From Chiloscyllium plagiosum (Eukaryota), in assembly GCF_004010195.1 (NCBI RefSeq), contig NC_057752.1, positions 14,819,279 to 14,839,278 on the forward strand: a stretch of 20,000 nucleotides of DNA, written 5' to 3'. A program made the translations under genes and the position numbers. The notes beneath the pieces were generated by a model. It was not told the DNA's origin. It made no database searches and worked only from the letters and a program-made list of their open reading frames with translations. Below, in pieces: positions 10,775 to 19,248 of this stretch; position 1 is the stretch's first letter; every line of letters begins with the position of its first letter.

Positions 10775-10910
10775 GTTATTTAATGGAAATGAAGTGGGCC
10801 GGCAGTTTGGGCCGAAGTGTTTTACGGGTGATCGAATTGGCTGTGGAGTCCACCCAGAATCCTTTGACAGAGGAATGGCAACTGTCTTTTTCACAAGAAA
10901 TGGCAAAGAG
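10775..10910 (+). CDS. SPRYD3: Next coding exon (136 bp, phase 2 to 0) of the same SPRYD3-family gene
   Basis: Acceptor ttttaattctgcag|G completes the AA+G Lys codon from the previous exon. Encodes LFNGNEVGRQFGPKCFTGDRIGCGVHPESFDRGMATVFFTRNGKE with SPRY motifs GDRIGCG and FFTRNG. Donor is GAG|gtggga. Confidence 0.92.
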
Positions 10911-11161
10911 GTGGGAAAAATATACTTCCTAGATGTTGAACCCAGAATATCAGGATATTGTTCCAGTGTCCTCTATTACAACTGATCCCTGGGTGAGGGT
11001 CCACAACTTATGATTGCATATGGGATACCCCTAAATGATTATGCTCCTGACTGAGGAGCAATGAACTTGATCCCCTTTTCTCACTTGACATGTCCCTGTA
11101 GAAAGGACCCCTTCTCATGGACACATTTTCCCAGCCCAAAAATTATGTTTTAAAAGGAGTC

Positions 11162-11661
11162 NNNNNNNNNNNNNNNNNNNNNNNNNNNNNNNNNNNNNNN
11201 NNNNNNNNNNNNNNNNNNNNNNNNNNNNNNNNNNNNNNNNNNNNNNNNNNNNNNNNNNNNNNNNNNNNNNNNNNNNNNNNNNNNNNNNNNNNNNNNNNNN
11301 NNNNNNNNNNNNNNNNNNNNNNNNNNNNNNNNNNNNNNNNNNNNNNNNNNNNNNNNNNNNNNNNNNNNNNNNNNNNNNNNNNNNNNNNNNNNNNNNNNNN
11401 NNNNNNNNNNNNNNNNNNNNNNNNNNNNNNNNNNNNNNNNNNNNNNNNNNNNNNNNNNNNNNNNNNNNNNNNNNNNNNNNNNNNNNNNNNNNNNNNNNNN
11501 NNNNNNNNNNNNNNNNNNNNNNNNNNNNNNNNNNNNNNNNNNNNNNNNNNNNNNNNNNNNNNNNNNNNNNNNNNNNNNNNNNNNNNNNNNNNNNNNNNNN
11601 NNNNNNNNNNNNNNNNNNNNNNNNNNNNNNNNNNNNNNNNNNNNNNNNNNNNNNNNNNNNN
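11162..11661. other. Assembly gap (exactly 500 N)
   Basis: Run of N; the round size suggests a scaffolding placeholder. Confidence 0.99.
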
Positions 11662-12658
11662 CCTCTGACTCCACACACAACTTCCCACTACTATCCTTGA
11701 TTTGGCCCTAATCTTACTCTCGTCATTCCTTAAATACCTAAAGAAAACCTTAGGGTTTACCCTGATCCTATCCGACAACAACTTCTCATGTCTCCTCCTG
11801 GCTCTTCTGAGCTCTCTCTTTAGGTCTTTCCTGGCTATCTTGTAACCCTCAAGCGCTCTAACTGAGCCTTCGCATCTCAATCTAACATAAGCCTTCTTCT
11901 TCCTCTTGACCAGCGATTCTACTTCCTTCGTAAACCACGGCTCCCGCACTCTACAGCTTCCTCCCTGCCTGATGGGTACATACTTATCTAGGACATGCAG
12001 TAGCTTTTCCTTGAATAAGCTCCACATTTCTAATGTGCCCATCCCCTGCAGTTTCCTTCTCCATCCTATGCTTCCTAAATCTTGCCCAGAGGTATACACC
12101 TATCCCTTTCTATCACTAAAGTAAACATAACAGAATTGTGATTGCTATCACCAAAGTGCTCACCTTCGTCCAAGTCTAACACCTGGCTGGGATCATTACC
12201 CAGTACCAAATCTAATGTGACTTCACCCCTTGGCCTGTCTGCATACTGTGTCAGGAAGCCCTCCTGTGCACACTGGACAAAAACTGACCCATCTATAGTA
12301 CTTGTACTATAGGGTTCCCAGTCAATATTTGGAAAGTTGAATTCTCCCATGACAACTACCCTGTCTGTCTCACTCCTATCGAGAATCATCTTTGCTATCG
12401 TTTCCTCTACATCTCTGGAACTATTCGGAGGCTTATAGAAAACTCCCAACAGGGTGACCTCTCCTTTCCTGTTTCTAACCTCAGCCCATACTACCTTAGT
12501 TGACAAGTCCCCAAACATCCTTTTTGCAACTGTAATACTGTCCTTGACCAACAATGCCACACCTCCCCCTCTTTTACCATCTTCTCTGTTCTTACTGAAA
12601 CATCTAAATCCTGGAACCTGCAACAACCATTCCTGTCCCTGCTCTATCCATGTCTCTT
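11662..12658 (-). mobile_element. Relatively young CR1 ORF2 apurinic-like endonuclease domain and linker
   Basis: ORF 12075..12692 has ETW..PGFRCF..R..KRGGGVALLV..GVFYKPP..VVMGEFNFPNIDW..LDLVLGN..EHFGDSNH. It continues in another frame as REPWFTKEV..ELRRARRRHEK. Confidence 0.93.
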
Positions 12659-12678
12659 GTGGTTCATTAACAACCATC

Positions 12679-12855
12679 GCAAATAAAATCAAAATAATGC
12701 GGATACAGGAAATCTGAAATAAAAACCAAATACACTGGAAAAATTCAGCAGGACTGAAGAAGAGTCATACTTGACTCGATGTATTCATTTTATTTCACTC
12801 TCCACAGGTGCTATCAACCTCTCTAGCTTTTCCAGTTATTCGATTTTAATTTACC
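12679..12855. mobile_element. Penelope-like terminal fragment in inverted arrangement with a hammerhead-like core
   Basis: 12679-12752 is an antisense copy of the tail (cctgctgaatttttccagtg..tttcagatttcc). The sense copy follows: CTGAAGA-A-GAGTCA-TACT-TGACTC-GA...ctctccacaggtgct...cttttccag. Confidence 0.65.
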
Positions 12856-13249
12856 TATCTCGAAACATTACGTTAAACTGGAATAAGTTAGCATTTTTGG
12901 AGAGCAATAGATACTTTTTGTACACTCAAGGTGGAGGATGGGAAAGAATTGTGACTGTAAGAGCTGTTCCTTTTTTGAGGTATTTTCAGTGTTGGAGGTG
13001 ATTTCCTAGAATCCTAGGAGCAGCAATTACTCTTTTATAAGCTGTTGTATTGTTTTTGAACTTTGAGGGATTAAAAAGATCAAAATGACAGCACTTTAAA
13101 AAGGAGGATGACAGACAAAGGTAATGACCACATGGGCAGTGAATCAAATGGAGAAATAAACCTGCACTGCTATCTGACCCAGCAGTGAATCTGCACAACT
13201 AATTGTTCTGCTGTTTGATTTAAAGTATCCCTGGACATGTCAACAATTT

Positions 13250-13580
13250 TTATTTTTTATTTCATGTAAATAATTTCACAAAAAATATTACTGAGAACTT
13301 TTGACATAAGGCCACAGTTGGAGATATTATGTCAGGTGTCCAAAAGCATTGCCAAAGAAGCAGGTTTCAGGAATGCCTTAAAAGAGGAAAGCAGATCTGA
13401 GAGAGCTATGGTGGGGAATTCCAGATCGTGGTGTTTAGGCACCTTTAGTAACAGCCAGGAGATGCAATGAATAAGCACATCGTTGGGAGTCTGAAACAAA
13501 AGAAGTTTTCGAGATATGAAAGATTGTGTGGTACAGGGACATAGGAATGATTATAGCCAGGAATTAAATCAAGAGTGAGA
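13250..13580 (-). mobile_element. Old L2-type LINE 3' fragment
   Basis: ggagatattatgtcaggtgtccaaaagc..aggtttcaggaatgccttaaaagagg..gggaattccaga resembles antisense shark L2 3' ends recalled from memory. The reverse strand has L.NSP..(L)LRHS..LL-type remnants. Confidence 0.55.
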
Positions 13581-13609
13581 ATGCTGTTGTCTTATCTTTT
13601 GCATGTATG

Positions 13610-14212
13610 TGTGAGGCCCCTCCATCAGTAAGCGTGGAGATATCTATGATGCTTCCTCCAGTGGGTTGTTTAATTTTCCATCGCCATTCACAACTGGGTG
13701 TGACAGAACTGCAGAGCTCTGATCTGATGGTTCTTTTTGGTAGCTTCACCAAGTTGGCATCTGATTTTTAGCTATGCCTGGTGATGCTTCTGGCATGACC
13801 TCCTGTACTTTCCATTGACCCACGGTTGATCCCCTGGATTGATGGTAATGGTTTAGTGGGGGATATGCCTTGCCATGAGATTTCAGATGGTGCTGGAGTA
13901 CAATTCGGCTATTGTTGGCCCACAGTGCCTCATAGATGCCCAGTTTTGAGTTCCTACATCTGTTCGAAGTCTGTCCCATTTAACACAGTGATAGTGCCAC
14001 TCAACACAATGGAGGGTTTTCTCGACTCTAAGGCGAGACTTTGTCTACAAAATGACTATGTGATTGTTGCTATTATCGATACTGTCATGGACAGATGTAT
14101 CTGCAGCTGGTCAATGCATAACAATGAGATCAAGTATGTTTTACACTCTTGTTGGTTCCCTCACTACCTGCTGCAGATCCAGTTGTGCAGCTATGTCCGT
14201 TAGGACCCGACT
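13610..14212 (-). mobile_element. Second LINE lineage (CR1/L2 group): endonuclease end and linker
   Basis: Reverse strand remnants include EPTR..N.LDL(V), S..SDH-like, ccatcaatccaggggatcaaccgtgg (TI.PGDQPW) and W.WKIKQPTGG. Confidence 0.7.
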
Positions 14213-15068
14213 AGCCTTGATAAGGTTCCCCATGGTAAGCTCATTCAGAAGGTCAGGAGGAATGGGATACAGGGGAACTTACCTGTCTGGATACAGAATT
14301 GGCTGGCCCACAGAAGACAGCGAGTGGTCGTAGAAGGAAAATATTCTGCCTGGAAGTCAGTGGTGAGTGGTGTTCCACAGGGCTCTGTCCTTGGGCCTCT
14401 ACTGTTTGTAATTTTTATTAATGACTTGGATGAGGGGATTGAAGGATGGGTCAGCAAGTTTGCAGACNNNNNNNNNNNNNNNNNNNNNNNNNNNNNNNNN
14501 NNNNNNNNNNNNNNNNNNNNNNNATTGAGTTTAAGAGTCGTGAGATCTTGTTGCAGATTTATAAAACTTTGGTTAGACCGCACTTGGAATACTGCGTCCA
14601 GTTCTGGTCGCTCTATTATAGGAAAGATGTGGATGCTTTGGAGAGGGTTCAGAGGAGGTTTACCAGGATGCTGCCTGGACTGGAGGGCTTATCTTATGAA
14701 GAGAGGTTGACTGAGCTCGGACTTTTTTCATTGGAGAAAAGGAGGAGGAGAGGGCACCTAATTGAGGTATGCAAGACAATGAGAGGCATAGATAGAGTCG
14801 ATAGCCAGAGACTATTTCCCAGGGCAGAAATTACTAACACGAGGGGTCATAGTTTTAAGCTGGTTGGACGAAAGTATAGAGGGGATGTCAGAGAGTTGTG
14901 AGAGCATGGAATACGTTGCCAGCAGCAGTTGTGGAAGCAAGGTCACAGGAGACATTTAAGAGACTGCTGGACATGCACATGGTCACAGAAATTTGAGGGT
15001 GCATACATGGTCGGCACAACATCGTGGGCTGAAGGGCCTGTTCTGTGCTGTACTGTTCTACGTTCTAT
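14213..15068 (+). mobile_element. Young CR1 ORF2 RT to 3' UTR (contains a 56-N gap at 14468-14523)
   Basis: [57 protein letters not shown] and TRGHSFKL. Tail gggctgaagggcctgttctgtgctgtactgttctacgttctat. Confidence 0.95.
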
Positions 15069-16726
15069 TGGCGTTCGCCTAATGGAAACTAAATAAACGG
15101 CAAAGTTCACAGTTGACCTAGGAGAAACCTGTGTGAGAAAGCTCACAGTAGGGGAGCAACTAAGTAACTATTTAAGTGCAACCTTAATTTTCTTTGTAAA
15201 TCTACTATTGTGAGTAGAGTGGGTTCTTTTTTGATGTATATGTGTTGATTGAGATCTGCATCTTGATTAAACTTTAAACATATAAAATATAGATACTAAG
15301 TTAGCTTGGAGCAGTGTTTTTTAGAGCAGTAAGACTGTGCTATTTTCTCGGTCTGTTGATTGTTAAGGTGCAAAGATGGCCTTTAGTAGAGTGATGTGGT
15401 CTTCCTGTTGGATGTAGGCGATTAGGGACGGTTTCCATGTTACCAATGATTATGTCTGCAGGAAGTGTGTTTGGTTGCAAATCCGATTGTATCACATAGA
15501 TTGATGGAGTGACATGGTTAGAGGCAATGAGGAATTTACAGGAGCTGGGGTGTGATGTGCTGTGAAAGTTGAAGGAAGGAAGCTAAACCGCAGATACAGT
15601 TAGGTGTTTCTCAAAACTCTTCTCTACAGTCTTCTCAAAACTCGCTAACAGTCAGGTCGATGGGTTACCTCCAGGAGAGGGAGGCAGGTCATGCAGGCTT
15701 CTCCTGTGGCTCTTGCCATCTCAAACAAGTATGCTGTTTTGGAAAATGTAGGTGGTGATGGACACTCAGGAGAATATAGCAGTGACAGGGAGAAAGTGAG
15801 GACTGCCGATGCTGGAAATCAGTGTTGAGAGTGTGGTGCTGGAAAAGCACAGCAGCTCAGGCAGCATCCAAGGAGCAGGAGAATCAACATTTCGGGCATA
15901 AGCCATTCATTAGGAAAAATAGCTGTGACAGCTAAGTTTCTGATACTGAAACTGGCTCTAATGTAATGAGGGGTATGCCAGGTTCCAAGCAATCAATGAT
16001 GATAGGGGACTCTCTAGTCAGAGGCAAAGGCAGATGTTTCTGCAGCCGGCAGCGAGAAATCAGAATGATGTGTTGCCTCCCTGATGCCAGGATCAAGGAT
16101 ATCTTGGAGAGGGTGCAGAATATTCTCAAAGGGGAGACAGACCAGCAGAAGATCATTGTATGCATTGCAACTAACGACATAGGAAGAGAAAAGGGTGAGA
16201 TTCTGAGGAGAGAATGTAGGAAGTTAGGCAGGAATTTTAAAAAAAGGTCCTTGAGGGTGGTAATATCGTGATTACTCCCGGTGCTATGAGCTTCTGAGGG
16301 TAGGAAAAGGAGGATAGAGCAGATGAATAAGTGGCTGAGGAGCTGGTGCAGGGGAGAAGGGTGCACATTTTTGGATCATTGGAATCTCTTCTGGGGTAGA
16401 AGTGACCTGTATAGGAAGGACGGGTTGCACTTGAATTGGAAGGGGACTAATACACTGGTGGGGAGATTGTTTAAGCTGCTTGGGAGGACTTAAACTTCTA
16501 AGGTTGGGGGGGGTGGGACCCAGGGAGATAGTGAGGAAAGAGATCAACGGAGACTGGTACAGTTGGGAAAAGGAACAAAGCACAGAACGAGGGAGAACTG
16601 AAAAATTAAACTGCATTTATTTCCATGCAAGAGGCCTAACAGGGAAGCAGATGAACTCAGGGCATGGTTAGGAACATGGGACTGTGATATCTTAGCAATG
16701 ACAGAGTCATGGTTCAGAGATGGACA
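15069..16726 (+). mobile_element. 5' portion of a CR1: probable 5' UTR, pseudogenised ORF1 (zinc finger plus SGNH esterase) and start of ORF2
   Basis: ATG at 15376 gives MAFSRVM.SSCWM*...DYVCRKC, then SNKYAVL at ~15720, IGDSLVRG..CCLPDARIKDI..IATNDIG (ORF 15966..16271) and FLDHWNLFWGRSDLYRKDGLHLN. ORF2 starts LNCIYFHARGL...DILAMTESW. Confidence 0.9.
15789..15918 (-). mobile_element. Short Penelope-like element with a degenerate minimal hammerhead ribozyme and 13-bp TSD
   Basis: Reverse strand reads TTC-CTAATGA-A-TGGC-TTAT-GCCC-GAAA-TGTT-GATTC...cttttccagcaccacactctc. Flanked by atagc(a/t)gtgacag at 15776-15788 and 15919-15931. Confidence 0.75.
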
Positions 16727-16814
16727 GAGTCGAGAGTGTGTTGCTGGAAAAGCACAGCAGGTCAGACAGCATCCAAGGAGCAGGAGAATCGACGTTTTGG
16801 GCCAGAGCCCTTCC
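16726..16814 (-). mobile_element. Second copy of the same Penelope-like short element
   Basis: Close match to 15825-15910. Reverse strand reads GA-A-GGGC-TCTG-GCCC-AAAA-CGTC-GATTC. Confidence 0.75.
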
Positions 16815-16979
16815 TAATTTATTGTCATGTGTATTTTTAAAAATAACACAGTGAAAAGTTTTGTAAGTATTCATACCATGGCGCCCGTGTTATTAACAGA
16901 AGTCACATATAACATGGAAAAAATAAAAATTAAGACACAGTTCATCTTAGATCAATTTCAGTTTGGGGAAAGTCAATTC

Positions 16980-17273
16980 AGATTAGATTCCCTACAGTGT
17001 GGGGTCCCGACACCGACCCTCCGAAGAGTAACCCACCCAGACCCATTTCCCTCTGACTAATGCACCGAACACTATGGACAATTCAGCCTGGCCAATTCAC
17101 CTGACCTCCACATCTTTGGACTGTGGGAGGAAACCTGAGCACCCGGAGGAAACCCACGCAGACACGGGGAGAATGTGCAAACTCCACACAGACAGTCGCA
17201 CGAGGCTGGAATTGAACCTGGGACCCTGGTGCTGTGAGGCAGCAGTGCTAACCGCTGAGCCACCATGCCACCC
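16980..17273 (-). mobile_element. HE1-family SINE
   Basis: Reverse complement of the tRNA head, V-domain and tail (gattagattccctacagtgtgg). Confidence 0.92.
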
Positions 17274-17780
17274 ATGATGAGCACTTGAATACCCGGAAGC
17301 TGTTGTCGAAGAAGACTTCCGCATTGATGATACCTCTACACTGGGACAAGACCCCCTACCAAGTGGAGACCCCCTCCCCCCCCCACCCCAGGAGCAAGAA
17401 TCAAAATAGCTTTCATTGGCATGTGCACTCAAATGAGTGCAATGAAAAATTGTTATATCATCTTTTGGAGCCATCTTATGTACTGTGTACCCAGGTGCAG
17501 ATACGGTCAAGTGTAGTTACAGAGTAGAAAGTATAGATGAGGATGGATCAGTTGAAAAAAGGCAGAATGCTAACAAGTCACCAGAGGTACTTCAGTTCCA
17601 GTCCATGCCTGCTGGCCTCAGAACACAAGGCCTTTCAGTTTTGTCCTCCATCAAGGACTTCATCTTGCTGCCACTCTTGGAATTGGCCTGTTCGCTCTGC
17701 GCTGGACTCAGCCCATGCTCACTCAGCCACCGTGGGTCTCTGTTCCACTCCCGGAGGGGTTGGGGGGTGGGAAAGAAAAG

Positions 17781-18215
17781 AATTGAACCCGGACGGCACG
17801 GTGGCCCGGTTTCTTCCCACAGTCTAAAGATGTGCAGGTTAGATTACTTACAGTGTGGAAACAGGCCCTTCGGCCCAACAAGTCCACACAGACCCGCCAA
17901 AGCGCAACCCACGCAGACCCATTCCCCTATACTTACCCCTTCACCTAACACTACGGGCAATTTAGCATGGCCAATTCACCTGACCTGCACATTTTTGGAC
18001 TGTGGGAGGAAACCGGAGCACCCGGAGGAAACCCACACAGACACAGGGAGAATGTACAAACTCCACACAGAGTCGCCTGAGGCGGGAATTGAACCCGGGT
18101 CTCTAGCGCTGTGAGGCAGCAGTGCTAACCACTGTGCCCACCGCTTTGGCAGTTTGGTGTGGATTTGTTGGGCCAAAGGGCCTGTTTCCACACTGGAAGT
18201 AATCTAATCTAATCA
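17781..18215 (+). mobile_element. Internally deleted HE1 SINE (17791-17838 and 18146-18215) with 9-bp TSD
   Basis: Head ggacggcacggtggc is fused to ccggtttcttcccacagtctaaagatgtgcagg. Tail is gttgggccaaagggcctgtttccacactggaagtaatctaatctaatc. Confidence 0.75.
17839..18144 (-). mobile_element. HE1-family SINE inserted antisense in another HE1
   Basis: Near full-length reverse complement, closely similar to 3853-4162 and 8930-9247. Confidence 0.93.
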
Positions 18216-18785
18216 AAAGAAAAGCTACAAAGGGGAGATAAACAGAAGGGAAAGGGGCTGGCGAGTAGAGGAGCTCCGACTGGAGTGGTGTGATCTTTTG
18301 CCGCCTTGCAAATTTGGCAGCTTCAGAGAGTGACTGCCACTTCTGGCTGGAACATAAGACCTCCATACAGAATGAGACCTCAACACCACACGCTGGGACA
18401 AGACCCCCACGCTGACACGGGTAAAGATAGTCATGCCAGGCTGTTGGAATGCCTGGAAGCCGAGGCTGAAGAAGACCTCCACAACAGGACAAGATTGCCA
18501 CACCTGGAGACTGCCGCGCCAAGCTGAGACTCCCCCCTCTGCGATAAGGCTACTACAATGGGAGACTACTGCCTCAGGCCGAGACCACCACGATAGGCTG
18601 GATGTTTCCTCTTTGCTGGGTCTGAGCCGGGAGATGTCTCCATCAAAGAAGTTAAAGAAGATATAATAAATGGAAACATTAAGAAAAAGCAGAGAAAGAT
18701 AAAAGTAAAAGGCAGACAGAGTAGACAAGCTCCTGGGATGAGGAGCCCACAAGCTGCGCTGTTACACTGCCATCATCATGTTTCA

Positions 18786-19013
18786 TGGATAGGGGCCAAA
18801 TGCTGGTAAATGGGACTAGATTAATTTAGGATATCTGGTCAGCATAGGCAAGTTGGGCCGAAGGTGTACATCTGTGGTGTACATCTCCATGTTGTAATTG
18901 AGGGATAGGGGAATAGTGCTAAGAGGGAGGAGAATATCCATCATTTTGTTAAATGATGTACAGGTTCGAGGGACTGATTGGCCTATTCTTGCTTGTATTT
19001 TTTCTGTTCTTAC
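18786..19013 (+). mobile_element. Two adjacent CR1 3' UTR remnants
   Basis: gggccaaatgctggtaaatgggactag..gttgggccgaagg, then caggttcgagggactgattggcctattcttgct. Confidence 0.6.
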
Positions 19014-19014
19014 A

Positions 19015-19248
19015 TGTGACTCCTCAGATACCGAAGCAGTCCATCTCCAAATGCAGCGATTTCCAGACTTGTGTTGACAATGGCAAGTAACATTGACACT
19101 AGACAAGTGCCAGTCAATGATCATCTTCAATAAGAGAGAATCATTCGCATAATCATTACTGAATCGTCTCTATCCTGGGGTTATCAATGACGAGGAACTG
19201 AACTAGAGTGGCATATAAATACAGTGGCTACAAAAGCAGGTCAGAAGC
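19015..19248 (+). mobile_element. Second LINE lineage RT fragment, same family as 4785-5117
   Basis: atcctggggttatcaatgacgaggaactgaactagag..ataaatacagtggctacaaaagcaggtcaga aligns by eye with 5004-5080. Confidence 0.75.

Larger units (their letters stand above)
17405..18308 (-). mobile_element. Second unclassified non-coding retroposon-like element, related tail, interrupted by HE1 SINEs
   Basis: Tail tttcattggcatgtgcactcaaatgagtgcaatgaaaa resembles 16818-16858. The host is interrupted between aaagaaaag copies at 17772-17780 and 18216-18224. Confidence 0.45.
16816..18775 (-). mobile_element. Unclassified non-coding retroposon-like element hosting nested insertions
   Basis: Reverse-strand 3' end cttttcactgtg..acatgacaataaa at 16816-16860. 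Internal repeats are shared between 17287-17356 and 18393-18483. The putative 5' end has gatggcag followed by a pyrimidine-rich tract near 18775-18660. Confidence 0.45.

Noticed and set aside
10794..10985. 63-aa ORF as a stand-alone gene
   Set aside because: It is the SPRYD3 exon read through the donor at 10911 into intron; similarity ends shortly after NGKE.
11030..11062. Hairpin tgctcct/aggagca with nearby ATGATTA and CTGA, as an intronic snoRNA
   Set aside because: The spacing is too short for a C/D snoRNA, and a 7-bp stem is expected by chance in 20 kb.
11115..11680. Long ORFs containing X runs
   Set aside because: Artefacts of translating the 500-N gap.
12790..12850. Acceptor-like ctctccacag|GTG as the next SPRYD3 exon
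   Set aside because: It lies inside the Penelope-like repeat, has no SPRY similarity and hits an in-frame stop after 13 codons.
13163..13188. Hairpin cactgct/agcagtg
   Set aside because: Isolated 7-bp stem with no recognisable RNA family features.
17485..18114. 209-aa ORF, and other 60-175 aa ORFs overlapping SINEs
   Set aside because: They cross repeat boundaries and translate HE1 sequence (the recurrent CGRKPEHPEETH and SAWVSSGCSGF peptides). No domain is recognisable.
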